From IMG/VR virus record IMGVR_UViG_3300032135_000015, positions 1-47,713 of that record: a stretch of DNA of 47,713 nucleotides. One strand, given 5' to 3'. The DNA comes from a virus (lineage: Duplodnaviria > Caudoviricetes). The notes under the pieces were generated by a model. The model saw nothing but the letters and a program-made list of their open reading frames with translations, was not told the origin of the DNA and did no database searches. Positions 19,127 through 27,250 of the stretch are shown here, one piece after another (position 1 is the stretch's first letter; every line of letters begins with the position of its first letter). Made by a program: the position numbers and the translations under genes.

Positions 19127-19569
19127 ATGCTGCCTTTCATGGCGTCGATCAAGTCGGTGATGGCCTGCTCGCGCGCGGCGATGAAGGCGCTATTGAGGGC
19201 GTTCATGCCCTCGATGCTCGCGGTGCCGTCCTCCTGGAGCAAGAAGTATTCCATCTGCTCGCCGGTCCAGCCGAATTCGCCGGTGTGCATGGTGCCGTCA
19301 GATTCGGAGCGGGAGTTGACCTGATTGATCATGTCGCCGGTGTCGATGCGGCCGGGGGAGTGGCTGGCGTCACTGCCGGTCTTTGCCGGCGCCGCCGCTC
19401 GGCGCTGGCCGGTCGCGGTCTCGGCGTCCTCGATCGCCTGCTCCATCATCTTCTCGCCGTTGTGCGCGAAGTCGGCAACGATCTTGGGCGCCCGGTTGAC
19501 GACCTCATTGCCTTTGGCCTGAAGCAACCGCTCGAATCGGCCTATGTCGAAGTTCTCGCTCTTGCTCAT
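19123..19569 (-). CDS. HK97 gp10-like neck/tail completion protein
   Basis: 'IDTGDM' and 'Y...QE.GT' motifs, plus position. Confidence 0.75.
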   Translation of the reverse strand: MSKSENFDIGRFERLLQAKGNEVVNRAPKIVADFAHNGEKMMEQAIEDAETATGQRRAAAPAKTGSDASHSPGRIDTGDMINQVNSRSESDGTMHTGEFGWTGEQMEYFLLQEDGTASIEGMNALNSAFIAAREQAITDLIDAMKGSI

Positions 19570-19985
19570 GGGGTTACCGCCGGCACGACGACAAGCTCGC
19601 TCATGAGGTCGATGCTACGCACGGCGGCGTCGCTGGAGTTGGCGCTGGCGAGCACGGTGAAGGCGTACTGCTCAAGGGTGGGGTCTCGGTGACCGTCGTT
19701 CACGCGAAGGAGGAGGCCGGCGGTGATCGGCTCGGCGTAGGCACTCAGGGGGATGCGGACGTTGACGGTGCGCTTGGTGATCCACTGCCCACCAACGATC
19801 GCGTCGCTGATGGACAGTGTCATGATGGTCGCCTTGCTGGTGGCGAGGTGCGTGAGGGTGGGTTCCGCTCCAGGATTCGACACTGAATCGTAGAGGGAAA
19901 CGTTGGCCTTCATGTTGGCCTCGGCCGACCGGGCTACTTCGGCGGACCAGTCGGTCGGGTCGGGCAAGGGAGTGGGGAGGGCCAT
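19566..19985 (-). CDS. Head closure / head-to-tail stopper
   Basis: 139 aa, beta-rich, first gene of the connector block. Confidence 0.6.
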   Translation of the reverse strand: MALPTPLPDPTDWSAEVARSAEANMKANVSLYDSVSNPGAEPTLTHLATSKATIMTLSISDAIVGGQWITKRTVNVRIPLSAYAEPITAGLLLRVNDGHRDPTLEQYAFTVLASANSSDAAVRSIDLMSELVVVPAVTP

Positions 19986-20002
19986 TCCCCCATTTTAGCG
20001 CA

Positions 20003-20224
20003 CTAAGCGGCTCTCCGAGAGTTCTTGGACGCGCTCGACATTGCCCACTCGTCCACGGGCTCAGACAGGTGCGCAACGACGGCGGACGGGAAGAAACGGT
20101 ACAGGCTACCCACCCGGAACGAGGGGATGTCGCCCGTCTTGGCCTTGCGCCGCGCAGTGTCCACGGAGACGTTGAGGACAGCCGCGATGCCTTTCAGGTC
20201 GACCGCCTGCTCGTGCTCGGTCAC
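20003..20224 (-). CDS. xis: Excisionase-like MerR-type HTH protein
   Basis: 'IAAVLNVSVDTARR...GDIPSFRVGSLYRF' HTH_17 pattern, near the integrase. Confidence 0.75.
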   Translation of the reverse strand: MTEHEQAVDLKGIAAVLNVSVDTARRKAKTGDIPSFRVGSLYRFFPSAVVAHLSEPVDEWAMSSASKNSRRAA

Positions 20225-20538
20225 TTCATTTCCCTTCCGTGCAGCACATCGGTGACCCACTGCGGCTTTTCGCCCGCTTCCTGCGTGGCCCGAGCAACGA
20301 GGTCGACGGCGAGGTTGCGGAACTGGTCAGCCTTGGATTCGAGCCATACGCACGCCTCGGTGGCGTTCTGGGCGTTGAATTCTGCCTCATTCTTGTAGAG
20401 GTGCTCCGCGCGCAAGGCCTTGGCGAGCCGGGCGGGCAGGCAAGGGAAGGTGGTAGCGCATTCTCCGCACATGCTCCCGTCACAGGAGCAGTCGCATGGC
20501 TTGTGGTTCAGGGATTCTTCCAGCAGCTCGTCGTTCAT
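20221..20538 (-). CDS. Hypothetical Cys-rich protein
   Basis: 'H.PC.C...C.EC..FPC' motif. Overlapping start and stop codons. Confidence 0.65.
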   Translation of the reverse strand: MNDELLEESLNHKPCDCSCDGSMCGECATTFPCLPARLAKALRAEHLYKNEAEFNAQNATEACVWLESKADQFRNLAVDLVARATQEAGEKPQWVTDVLHGREMK

Positions 20539-20939
20539 GAGGTGGCCTTTCGGTCGGTAATGCGGTGCCAGAAGTCTTCGACCGTGGGCGGATTAAAGGC
20601 GTCGTTGATATCGTTCTCCATCGCCCAGGCATGGACGTTGGCGATCACCGCGTTCGCGGCGTCACGTTCGGCCTCCACGAGGCGCATGTAGACGAGGTCC
20701 ATGTCCACGGTGGTCTGTAGGTTCTCGCGCTGCCGCTCAAGGGCGTCACGCTCGGCCTCCAGGTTGTCACGTTCCTGCTCAAGGGCAGCGTTCGCCTCGG
20801 CGGCACGCATGGCGCCTGCGACGTAGCCTTCGATGCACCTGTCCTTTTCGATGGACCCTTCTTTCAGGTTGCCGCCAAGCTCTGCGACGTACTGGATGTT
20901 GGCCCGTAGGCGGAGTTCTTCGAGCTGTGCCTGGTTCAT
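20535..20939 (-). CDS. Hypothetical coiled-coil protein
   Basis: GGAGG RBS and repeated 'ERD' heptads. Confidence 0.7.
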   Translation of the reverse strand: MNQAQLEELRLRANIQYVAELGGNLKEGSIEKDRCIEGYVAGAMRAAEANAALEQERDNLEAERDALERQRENLQTTVDMDLVYMRLVEAERDAANAVIANVHAWAMENDINDAFNPPTVEDFWHRITDRKATS

Positions 20940-21029
20940 ATTGCCTCCAATGCTCACGCGGCCTCGTGCCGCAGTTCCATGAGCCTAGCAGGTTTAGTGC
21001 GCTATTCTGCCCATTAGCGCCCTATCCTG

Positions 21030-21068
21030 CATAGGCAACCTGTAACTCTGCGTTACAGGTTGCCTATG
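21030..21068. repeat. Perfect 17-bp inverted repeat directly downstream of int
   Basis: cataggcaacctgtaac-tctgc-gttacaggttgcctatg. Confidence 0.9.
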
Positions 21069-21070
21069 TC

Positions 21071-22276
21071 TCAGCTCGCTTCCAGCTCGGCGTGAAGCGG
21101 GAGGATTCCACTCAGCTCGCCCTGCATGATGTCGGCCATCTGGGCGTGAGCATCCGGGAGCAGGTGCCCATACACGTCGATCGTGGTGGTGATCTTCTCG
21201 TGCCCGAGCCGCGCCTGAATGTAGGGCAGCGGGGCGCCGCGGGCAATGAGCAGGCTCGCGTGCGTGTGGCGCAGGTCGTGCGGCGTCGGCGACTTCTCCA
21301 GCGGCGCGAGCCCGGCGACCGCACACAGCGACCGATCCTGTGCCTTGGCCACCGTGGGGTTCCACACGCGCGTCATGAACGACCCGTACCAGATGTGATT
21401 GCCGGACACGGCGCCCTGAAACACGAGCTGCGACGGCGCCCGCCTCGGGCCGAGCACGGCCAGAATCTCAGGCCAGAGCGAGATCGGGCGCACGCTCTTA
21501 GGCGTCTTGGGCGGGCCGAGCGCGGGCGGGCCGTCCTCCGACTTCACCCACGCCTTGTCAATGCTCACCGTGGCCGGCGAGGTGGCCGTCTCAATGTCGC
21601 CCCAGGTCACGGCGGTCGCCTCGCCCCAGCGACAGCCGGTGCCGACAAGGAAGGTGAGCAAGGCTCGGTGCTGCGCCGGGGCGAAGTGCATGAACGTGGA
21701 CAGCTCGGCCGGCGACAGGAAGACGGGCTTTCGCGGAGTGCCACGGGAGAGCCGGGTCTTGTAGGCCGGGTTGTCCGGGCGGTACTTGCCGTCGACCACG
21801 ACCGAGGCCATGACGGAGGAGAGCAGCGCGTGATAGTTGGACACCGTCTTGGCGGCCACCTTCTCCTTCGCGTTTCGAGCCGAGGGCTGCGCTTCCTGCC
21901 AGGCCACCCAGCGCCCCACGTCGGACTTCTCGATTGAGGTCACGGGCAGCTCGCCCAGGATCTCCAGGAATGAGCGCGCGGCGATGCCGACGTAGTCTTT
22001 GCGGGTGCCGGCGGCGATGCCGGTGAGCAGGCCTGAGTCGAGGTCGAGGTACTTCATCGTGTACTCGGCCAATGTTGGCACGCCAACACTTTTGCTCTCC
22101 CGTGCCAGCCGTGCTTCCCGAGCTGCGCGCCCGCCGACACGGTCAACGAGCTTCCCGAAGGAGCTGGCTGCCTTCTCCGTCGAGAACGATTCCTGAGCCT
22201 GCCGGCCGTCGATGCGGAAACTGACCCGCCAACTCACGGTTCCGCCGGGGTTTTTACGAGGCAAGACGCTTGCCAT
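21071..22276 (-). CDS. int: Tyrosine integrase
   Basis: Catalytic R (TGCRWGE), K (PKT), HDLRH, LGH and Y (DVYGH). N-terminal arm-binding domain. GGAGG RBS before ATG 22276. Confidence 0.97.
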   Translation of the reverse strand: MASVLPRKNPGGTVSWRVSFRIDGRQAQESFSTEKAASSFGKLVDRVGGRAAREARLARESKSVGVPTLAEYTMKYLDLDSGLLTGIAAGTRKDYVGIAARSFLEILGELPVTSIEKSDVGRWVAWQEAQPSARNAKEKVAAKTVSNYHALLSSVMASVVVDGKYRPDNPAYKTRLSRGTPRKPVFLSPAELSTFMHFAPAQHRALLTFLVGTGCRWGEATAVTWGDIETATSPATVSIDKAWVKSEDGPPALGPPKTPKSVRPISLWPEILAVLGPRRAPSQLVFQGAVSGNHIWYGSFMTRVWNPTVAKAQDRSLCAVAGLAPLEKSPTPHDLRHTHASLLIARGAPLPYIQARLGHEKITTTIDVYGHLLPDAHAQMADIMQGELSGILPLHAELEAS

Positions 22277-22318
22277 GATGGCCTCCAATGTGAGGCTAAC
22301 CATATCCGAGCTAGAGAC

Positions 22319-22514
22319 GATGTTGGCCTGGATGTTGGCACGGTGTCTATTTTGGCCCTACAGGCCAGTGTTTACATGGGGTGAGTAACGGGGATTGAAC
22401 CCAGTCCGCGGAGGCAAAACTCCGGGCACATCGTTGATTTTATGCGGAAGTCACACTCACAGTAATCGCACAGATAGGCCCGAATACGCATCATTATGTT
22501 GGCATGCCAACATC
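22319..22514. promoter_or_regulatory. Putative integrase arm-type sites (GATGTTGGC) flanking the attP core
   Basis: Direct pair at 22319-22328 and 22331-22340. Perfect palindrome ATGTTGGCATGCCAACAT at 22496-22513. Confidence 0.7.
22377..22402 (-). other. attP common core matching the 3' end (T-loop, acceptor strand, CCA) of a host tRNA-His
   Basis: The - strand reads GGGTTCAATCCCCGTTACTCACCCCA, like the 3' end of actinobacterial tRNA-His. It is adjacent to int and has no 5' tRNA half. Confidence 0.85.
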
Positions 22515-22553
22515 CACTTCACGGCTCCACGAGCGGCCTGTAGGCTTTTTGGG

Positions 22554-23216
22554 ATGACCGCGGCACTGAGCAGAAAAGAGATGCGAGTGGTCCTCGACAG
22601 TCTGAGATCGCAGGGCGTCCCGCTCGTGAAAACCAAGGACGGGTATCGAGTCCTTTTCCCGAACGGCGCCACCACGGCAATCCATCGCACACCGTCCGAC
22701 CATCGCTCGACGGCCAACCTGCGCGGCGACATTCGCCGGGCCGGGTTTTTTTGGCCGTTCGATCACAAGAGAAAAGAGCCCTCGATGGCCACCCGTTACA
22801 CCAAGGCCGAGCACAAGAAATTCGACGCCGCGGTCAAGCTTCTTGCCCCTGGTCCTGTCGTGGCTTCGGCGCTGGCGGCCGAGCTGGAGGTGTCGATACC
22901 GACCGCCAAGGCCGTGCTCGGTCGCATGGGGTTTGCGCCCGAAAGCCGCGGCGTGTGGCAGGTACCGGCCGAGCCCGTGGACGCCTACCCCGAGATCGCT
23001 CGCATGGAGGCGCGGGAGGCCGCGCGGGCCGAGCTGGTAGTCGTGGAGGCCGAACCGGTTGTAGAGCCCGTGGCGGAGCCTGAGCGCCCTGCCGAGCGTG
23101 CGTTCGCCGACGACTTCGATAGCTGGACACTCCCGGTCCCGAAGAAGCTGCAAGCCAAGGCCGACGAAATGGGGCTGCACATCGAGGTGCGCGTGTGGCG
23201 GCAGCCGGTCGACTAG
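22554..23216 (+). CDS. HicA-like (dsRBD-fold) domain fused to a winged-HTH domain
   Basis: '..H.TPSD.R...N....IRRAG' HicA-like pattern, then 'ASALAAELEVSIPTAKAVL'. TAGGCT -10 box 7 nt before the ATG. Confidence 0.6.
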   Translation: MTAALSRKEMRVVLDSLRSQGVPLVKTKDGYRVLFPNGATTAIHRTPSDHRSTANLRGDIRRAGFFWPFDHKRKEPSMATRYTKAEHKKFDAAVKLLAPGPVVASALAAELEVSIPTAKAVLGRMGFAPESRGVWQVPAEPVDAYPEIARMEAREAARAELVVVEAEPVVEPVAEPERPAERAFADDFDSWTLPVPKKLQAKADEMGLHIEVRVWRQPVD

Positions 23217-23225
23217 CGCGGGCAC

Positions 23226-23262
23226 AAAAGCGCCCCTCGCTTCCGAAGATGCGAGGGGCGCC
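23226..23262. terminator. Terminator between convergent genes
   Basis: gcgcccctcgc...gcgaggggcgc stem with an A-tract. Confidence 0.75.
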
Positions 23263-23388
23263 TGAGTGCAACAGTCTGGGCGAGGGTGTTCGCTTATTCG
23301 GGCGGGGTTTGGGCGGCTGCGAGCTTGGCCGTAAGGTCTGCGATCTGTGCGTACAGGTCGCCTATCAGGGCGAGAATGGCGGCTGGAT

Positions 23389-24309
23389 TCATGATGCGAT
23401 CAGCCCCAAGGTGACGAGTGCAGCGTGGACCCCTGCGGCGGTGACGGGTACGGCTGTGGGCTTACTTACCGGGGCAGCGTCAAAGAATGACAGCTTCCCG
23501 CCGTAGCCAATCGTGATGAGCGTGGACAGGACAGTTCCAGTGCCGCCCCTGCCGCCGAATCCTTGCGAGCCTTGGAACTTCATATTCCACCCGTCGCGGG
23601 CAATCTTGCCCACCCACCACTGGCCCGCCGACCCGGAAGCGGAGTCAACTTCCCAGCCGTTCGAGTCCATGAACAGGTGGTGAGTGCTCGCGTCTGCGTC
23701 GAGGCTGTCGGGCCTCGAACGGAACGAAGAGCCGAACGTCTGAATGTCACGCTTCCAGTCGATCACGCCGTCAGCAGCGCGAATGCGTCCCGCCGTGACT
23801 GACGAATCGACCATGACGTGTAAAAGGTTCTGCGTGGGGCTGACCACGTTATCCGTGGCGAACAACCGCATTGTGTCAGCCGCGCCGTCAACATTCGTAG
23901 CGAAGAACGCGGCGGGGCTGTTGGCGTTCATCTGTGTCACTTGCAGGCCGTAGGAGTCCGACCCCGTAACTGTGGCGTTCTGGTCGATCTTGACGCCGAC
24001 GCCCTGAGTTTTCGCGTTCCAGAGGAAACCGTTGCCGGGGTTGTCTCCACCTATGGTCATAATCCAGGTTGAAGTTTTGGTGGCGTTGGCTCCGATGAGC
24101 ATGTGGAAAAGCGTGCCGTTTGGGGCGTCGTTGATCCATTCGAAAACGCCGGGTCGGGTGTCCGTCGAATCCTTCATGACTGTTGGGCTTACTGTCCCGG
24201 CCATTGGAACAAACGTGGTGGATAGTTCGCTTTCACCCAGGCGGGCCGGCAGGTGCTTGTCGAAGACCTTGCCGCCCGCGTCGAGAGTGGGGACTTTGCT
24301 TTCAGCCAT
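23389..24309 (-). CDS. Virion appendage (fibre/spike-like) protein
   Basis: N-terminal 'VPTLDAGGKV' anchor motif, beta-rich body, C-terminal 'LSFF.A.P....ALVTLGLI' trimeric fibre-end motif. Confidence 0.65.
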   Translation of the reverse strand: MAESKVPTLDAGGKVFDKHLPARLGESELSTTFVPMAGTVSPTVMKDSTDTRPGVFEWINDAPNGTLFHMLIGANATKTSTWIMTIGGDNPGNGFLWNAKTQGVGVKIDQNATVTGSDSYGLQVTQMNANSPAAFFATNVDGAADTMRLFATDNVVSPTQNLLHVMVDSSVTAGRIRAADGVIDWKRDIQTFGSSFRSRPDSLDADASTHHLFMDSNGWEVDSASGSAGQWWVGKIARDGWNMKFQGSQGFGGRGGTGTVLSTLITIGYGGKLSFFDAAPVSKPTAVPVTAAGVHAALVTLGLIAS

Positions 24310-24378
24310 TATGAAGGCCTTCCTGTACTAAAGATGATGGAGGGGGTGGGGTGGACTAACTGGGTCAGAGTGACGGGG

Positions 24379-26367
24379 TTACCACGAGGTCAGCGGCGAA
24401 CGCTTCCAGCCGGTAGACGTTTTCACGTACACGTAGCTGTCGTCGCTGGTCACGTCACCGACAGCGCCCTGCGAGTCTGCGCCGCTGGTCGGAGTTCGCC
24501 GGGCGACGTTGAGCCGACCGATGATCTTGACCGTGTGCGCGGCGGTCCCCAACTTGATTTCGTTGATTACTGAGGTAGAGGCAGACACATACGTGTTATC
24601 CCTACCAATAGCCACGGACCCTTGGGCTGTTGCGCTTGTCTGCGCTCCGAGAGCCATTGAATTGAGCACGCCCGCGACAGCCTGATAGCCGAGAGCGGTG
24701 CTTGACTGTGCGGCGACCGCGTAGGTTCCAATCGCCGTCAGGCCGCCGGGATCGGTTGCGTCTGCGGCCCCTGACTGGTACCCAATGGCTACGTTGTTCG
24801 ACGCCGCGACAGTTGCGTTAGCAACAAGCCCATTCGGCTGGTACAGGGTGCCAAACCCAATTGCTACGTTCCTAGACGCTGTGGTGGCCGCGTACATACA
24901 CACGGTGCCCATCGCGAAGTTGGCACCATTTCCAGACAGGAGGCCGGGGAGCGTATTCACCCCAATAGCGACATTCCCGCTAGAGGTCAGGTTTGCCAAG
25001 AGTGCCGAGCGGCCAATGGCAATATTCTCTTTGCCTGTTGACGTTCGCCCTCCCGCGCCGCTTCCAATAGAAATACTCGCTGGCTCAGGCACTCCCGAGG
25101 GTGCCTGAAACGTTGGTATCGCGGTAGCCGGAACGTTCGGGAAGGTCGGTGACGCGAGCAATTCTCGTAACCAGATTGAGTTTTCCAACGACGTGTTGGG
25201 CTGGTCCACGAGCGGAGGCGGCCCGATGAATACCGGGATTGCTCCAATCGCCCGGCACTTTGCCACCAACGCGGCGAGGTTGCGGATCGAGTTATCACGG
25301 TAGGTAAGCGCGCCGTGTGCCGAGTCATTTACGCCCGGTTCGTCAATGATGACGTATGCGGCGTTGCTCGGAACGTCTGCGTCGAACCGGGCGAGTACCT
25401 GATTGGAGGTATTGCCATTCACGCCCTTGTTCGTCACTGTGGCGCTCGGGTACTTGGCAACAACGGCCGCGGCAAGGGTGGACCCACCCGCGACATACCA
25501 CGAATTACCAAGAAGGATGATCGGCCTCGTGCCGGGGTTCTGAATGACATCAGACCCATCCCCGCGCTTGGCGTTCATCATAAAGTAGCCAAGTGCCGCC
25601 CAGTCTTGCAGGTGTGCGGGGTCGCCCCAGAACGTATTTATGGCGCTCCCGTTCGCCAACTCGGTAACGATTGCGGGGGTTACGGTGAGGGCGTTGGTGC
25701 CACCGCCCGCCGTGATCTTGTATTGCTGCTGTGCCGCCGTCCCGCCTGCCACGCTGAGGATGCAGCCGTTCGGGTAGTTGGCTCCTGACGCAACATTGAT
25801 GGTGCTGCTCCCGACCGTCGCGGTAGCGGTGAGAGTGGTGGGCGTGTTGAGTTGGCCGGTGACCCATACGCCCGTTACGAAGTCCCGGTAAATGTCGAGG
25901 TAGTGGACAGGTCCAACATAGGGTGCAAACGTGGTGGACTGTTGCGTTGCAAACTCGCTCGTCGGGTCGGCCGCGGTTGCCGCCATGAGCCCGTCCGAGG
26001 TGACCGGGATTTGCTGCACAAGGGCCAGGTGGTCTCCCGCCAGTGTCGCCGAGTCTGCGGATGCTGTGGCGCTCCCGGACGCAGCGGTCGCCGAATCGCT
26101 TGCGGCCGTGGCCGATGCTCCTGCGTTGGTTTCCGATCCGCTGGAGGCCGTGGCGCTACCTGACGCCGCCAATGCTTCGGCAGAGGCGGCCGTGGCCGAA
26201 CCGGATGCCGCCCCGGCAGAAGCGAGTGCGTCCGATGCTTGGGTGGCGGCGATGGCCGCCTTGTCCGTCGCGGTCTGCGCGTCGATTGCGACGGAGGGGG
26301 GGGCGAACCGGTCGGGGAATTTGCCGTCTACGTCCAGTTGGGGGACGCGGCCTGTGGTGGTGGTCAT
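24379..26367 (-). CDS. Fibre/appendage protein: Ala/Ser stalk, permuted SGNH esterase domain and YadA-like beta-roll repeats
   Basis: GNS, GVNG and GVND blocks. Repeated 'NVAIG'/'S.ALG' units. C-terminal 'YVYVKTSTGWKR'. Confidence 0.8.
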   Translation of the reverse strand: MTTTTGRVPQLDVDGKFPDRFAPPSVAIDAQTATDKAAIAATQASDALASAGAASGSATAASAEALAASGSATASSGSETNAGASATAASDSATAASGSATASADSATLAGDHLALVQQIPVTSDGLMAATAADPTSEFATQQSTTFAPYVGPVHYLDIYRDFVTGVWVTGQLNTPTTLTATATVGSSTINVASGANYPNGCILSVAGGTAAQQQYKITAGGGTNALTVTPAIVTELANGSAINTFWGDPAHLQDWAALGYFMMNAKRGDGSDVIQNPGTRPIILLGNSWYVAGGSTLAAAVVAKYPSATVTNKGVNGNTSNQVLARFDADVPSNAAYVIIDEPGVNDSAHGALTYRDNSIRNLAALVAKCRAIGAIPVFIGPPPLVDQPNTSLENSIWLRELLASPTFPNVPATAIPTFQAPSGVPEPASISIGSGAGGRTSTGKENIAIGRSALLANLTSSGNVAIGVNTLPGLLSGNGANFAMGTVCMYAATTASRNVAIGFGTLYQPNGLVANATVAASNNVAIGYQSGAADATDPGGLTAIGTYAVAAQSSTALGYQAVAGVLNSMALGAQTSATAQGSVAIGRDNTYVSASTSVINEIKLGTAAHTVKIIGRLNVARRTPTSGADSQGAVGDVTSDDSYVYVKTSTGWKRSPLTSW

Positions 26368-26846
26368 GCGGAGGCTCCTAGGGTCAGGTTGAGAATGAGG
26401 CCATCGTCGGGGTCGACCATGAACGCTGGGTAGGTCATGAGGATCACGTCGGGGTCGCTCGGGTCGAGGGTCGCGGTCACGGTGCGCGCGGTCACTTCGG
26501 TGAGGAGCGTGGTCGCTTCAGAGAGCAGCTCTGTCACGCTCGACGGAACCTCGGGCAGGGGCTCCAGCGTGAGCGGGTCGATCGGGGCGAGGTCGGTGAA
26601 GTCGGCGGCCCCGGCGACCTGGACGAAGATGGAGCGGGCGTCCTGGATTGCGCCGGACTCCTCGATCTTCCAGAATCCGTCCGCCAGCTCTTTGGTCAGG
26701 GCGCCCTCGATAAGCGGGATGGTCTCGGTCGCTGTCGTGTAGACGGTTCCGTTGACGGCCTCGCGGAAGGCGGCGCTGATGGTGACGTATCCGCGCGACG
26801 GGTCGCCGGTCGCTTTGTCTTCGTAGCGGAATGTGATCAGGCCCAT
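26364..26846 (-). CDS. Virion structural protein (fibre anchor-like)
   Basis: Beta-rich 160-aa protein translationally coupled to the fibre gene. Confidence 0.6.
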   Translation of the reverse strand: MGLITFRYEDKATGDPSRGYVTISAAFREAVNGTVYTTATETIPLIEGALTKELADGFWKIEESGAIQDARSIFVQVAGAADFTDLAPIDPLTLEPLPEVPSSVTELLSEATTLLTEVTARTVTATLDPSDPDVILMTYPAFMVDPDDGLILNLTLGASA

Positions 26847-27250
26847 GACATTCCTTTGCTGTGTCGCGTGCTGGTGGGGGTGGCGTAGATGAAGTCGGAG
26901 GCGATGGCATCTTCGTCGTTGGCCATGCTGAGCCAGCTCTGAGAGAGCGCCATGAGGTCGCTGGCGCGCTGGCGGTTGTCGTTGACCTCGTCGTGCGTCT
27001 TGTTGAGCGCGCCCACGAGAGCGGCTCCTGCGGCCATCTGGCGGTATGCCAGACCGGTGGCGCGGGTGACGCTGCCGCGGCCGGCGAGCAGGAAGGCCTC
27101 AATGGTGTCGTCGCTGAAATATGCGAAGGAGGAGAGTCCGGCGATCGGCGCCTCAAGCCTGACGTACTCGGTGTCGCCGGTGTTGAGCCGGACCTGCCCG
27201 GTGGGGGTGGTCTTGTCTAGCGGCGCAATGCCAGGATTCTCAGATGCCAT
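26837..27250 (-). CDS. Head-to-tail adaptor
   Basis: 'GQVRL..GDT...YFSDD.IEAFL' pattern, first gene after the capsid gene. Confidence 0.75.
   Translation of the reverse strand: MASENPGIAPLDKTTPTGQVRLNTGDTEYVRLEAPIAGLSSFAYFSDDTIEAFLLAGRGSVTRATGLAYRQMAAGAALVGALNKTHDEVNDNRQRASDLMALSQSWLSMANDEDAIASDFIYATPTSTRHSKGMSWA

Noticed and set aside
20003-22402. Independent satellite or integrative element inserted into the phage
   Set aside because: No second att core or flanking duplication was found, and the cassette carries the phage-wide motif.
22377-22450. Complete tRNA gene
   Set aside because: Only the T-loop and 3' acceptor strand are present. The upstream sequence has no matching 5' acceptor, D arm or anticodon arm, so this is an att core.
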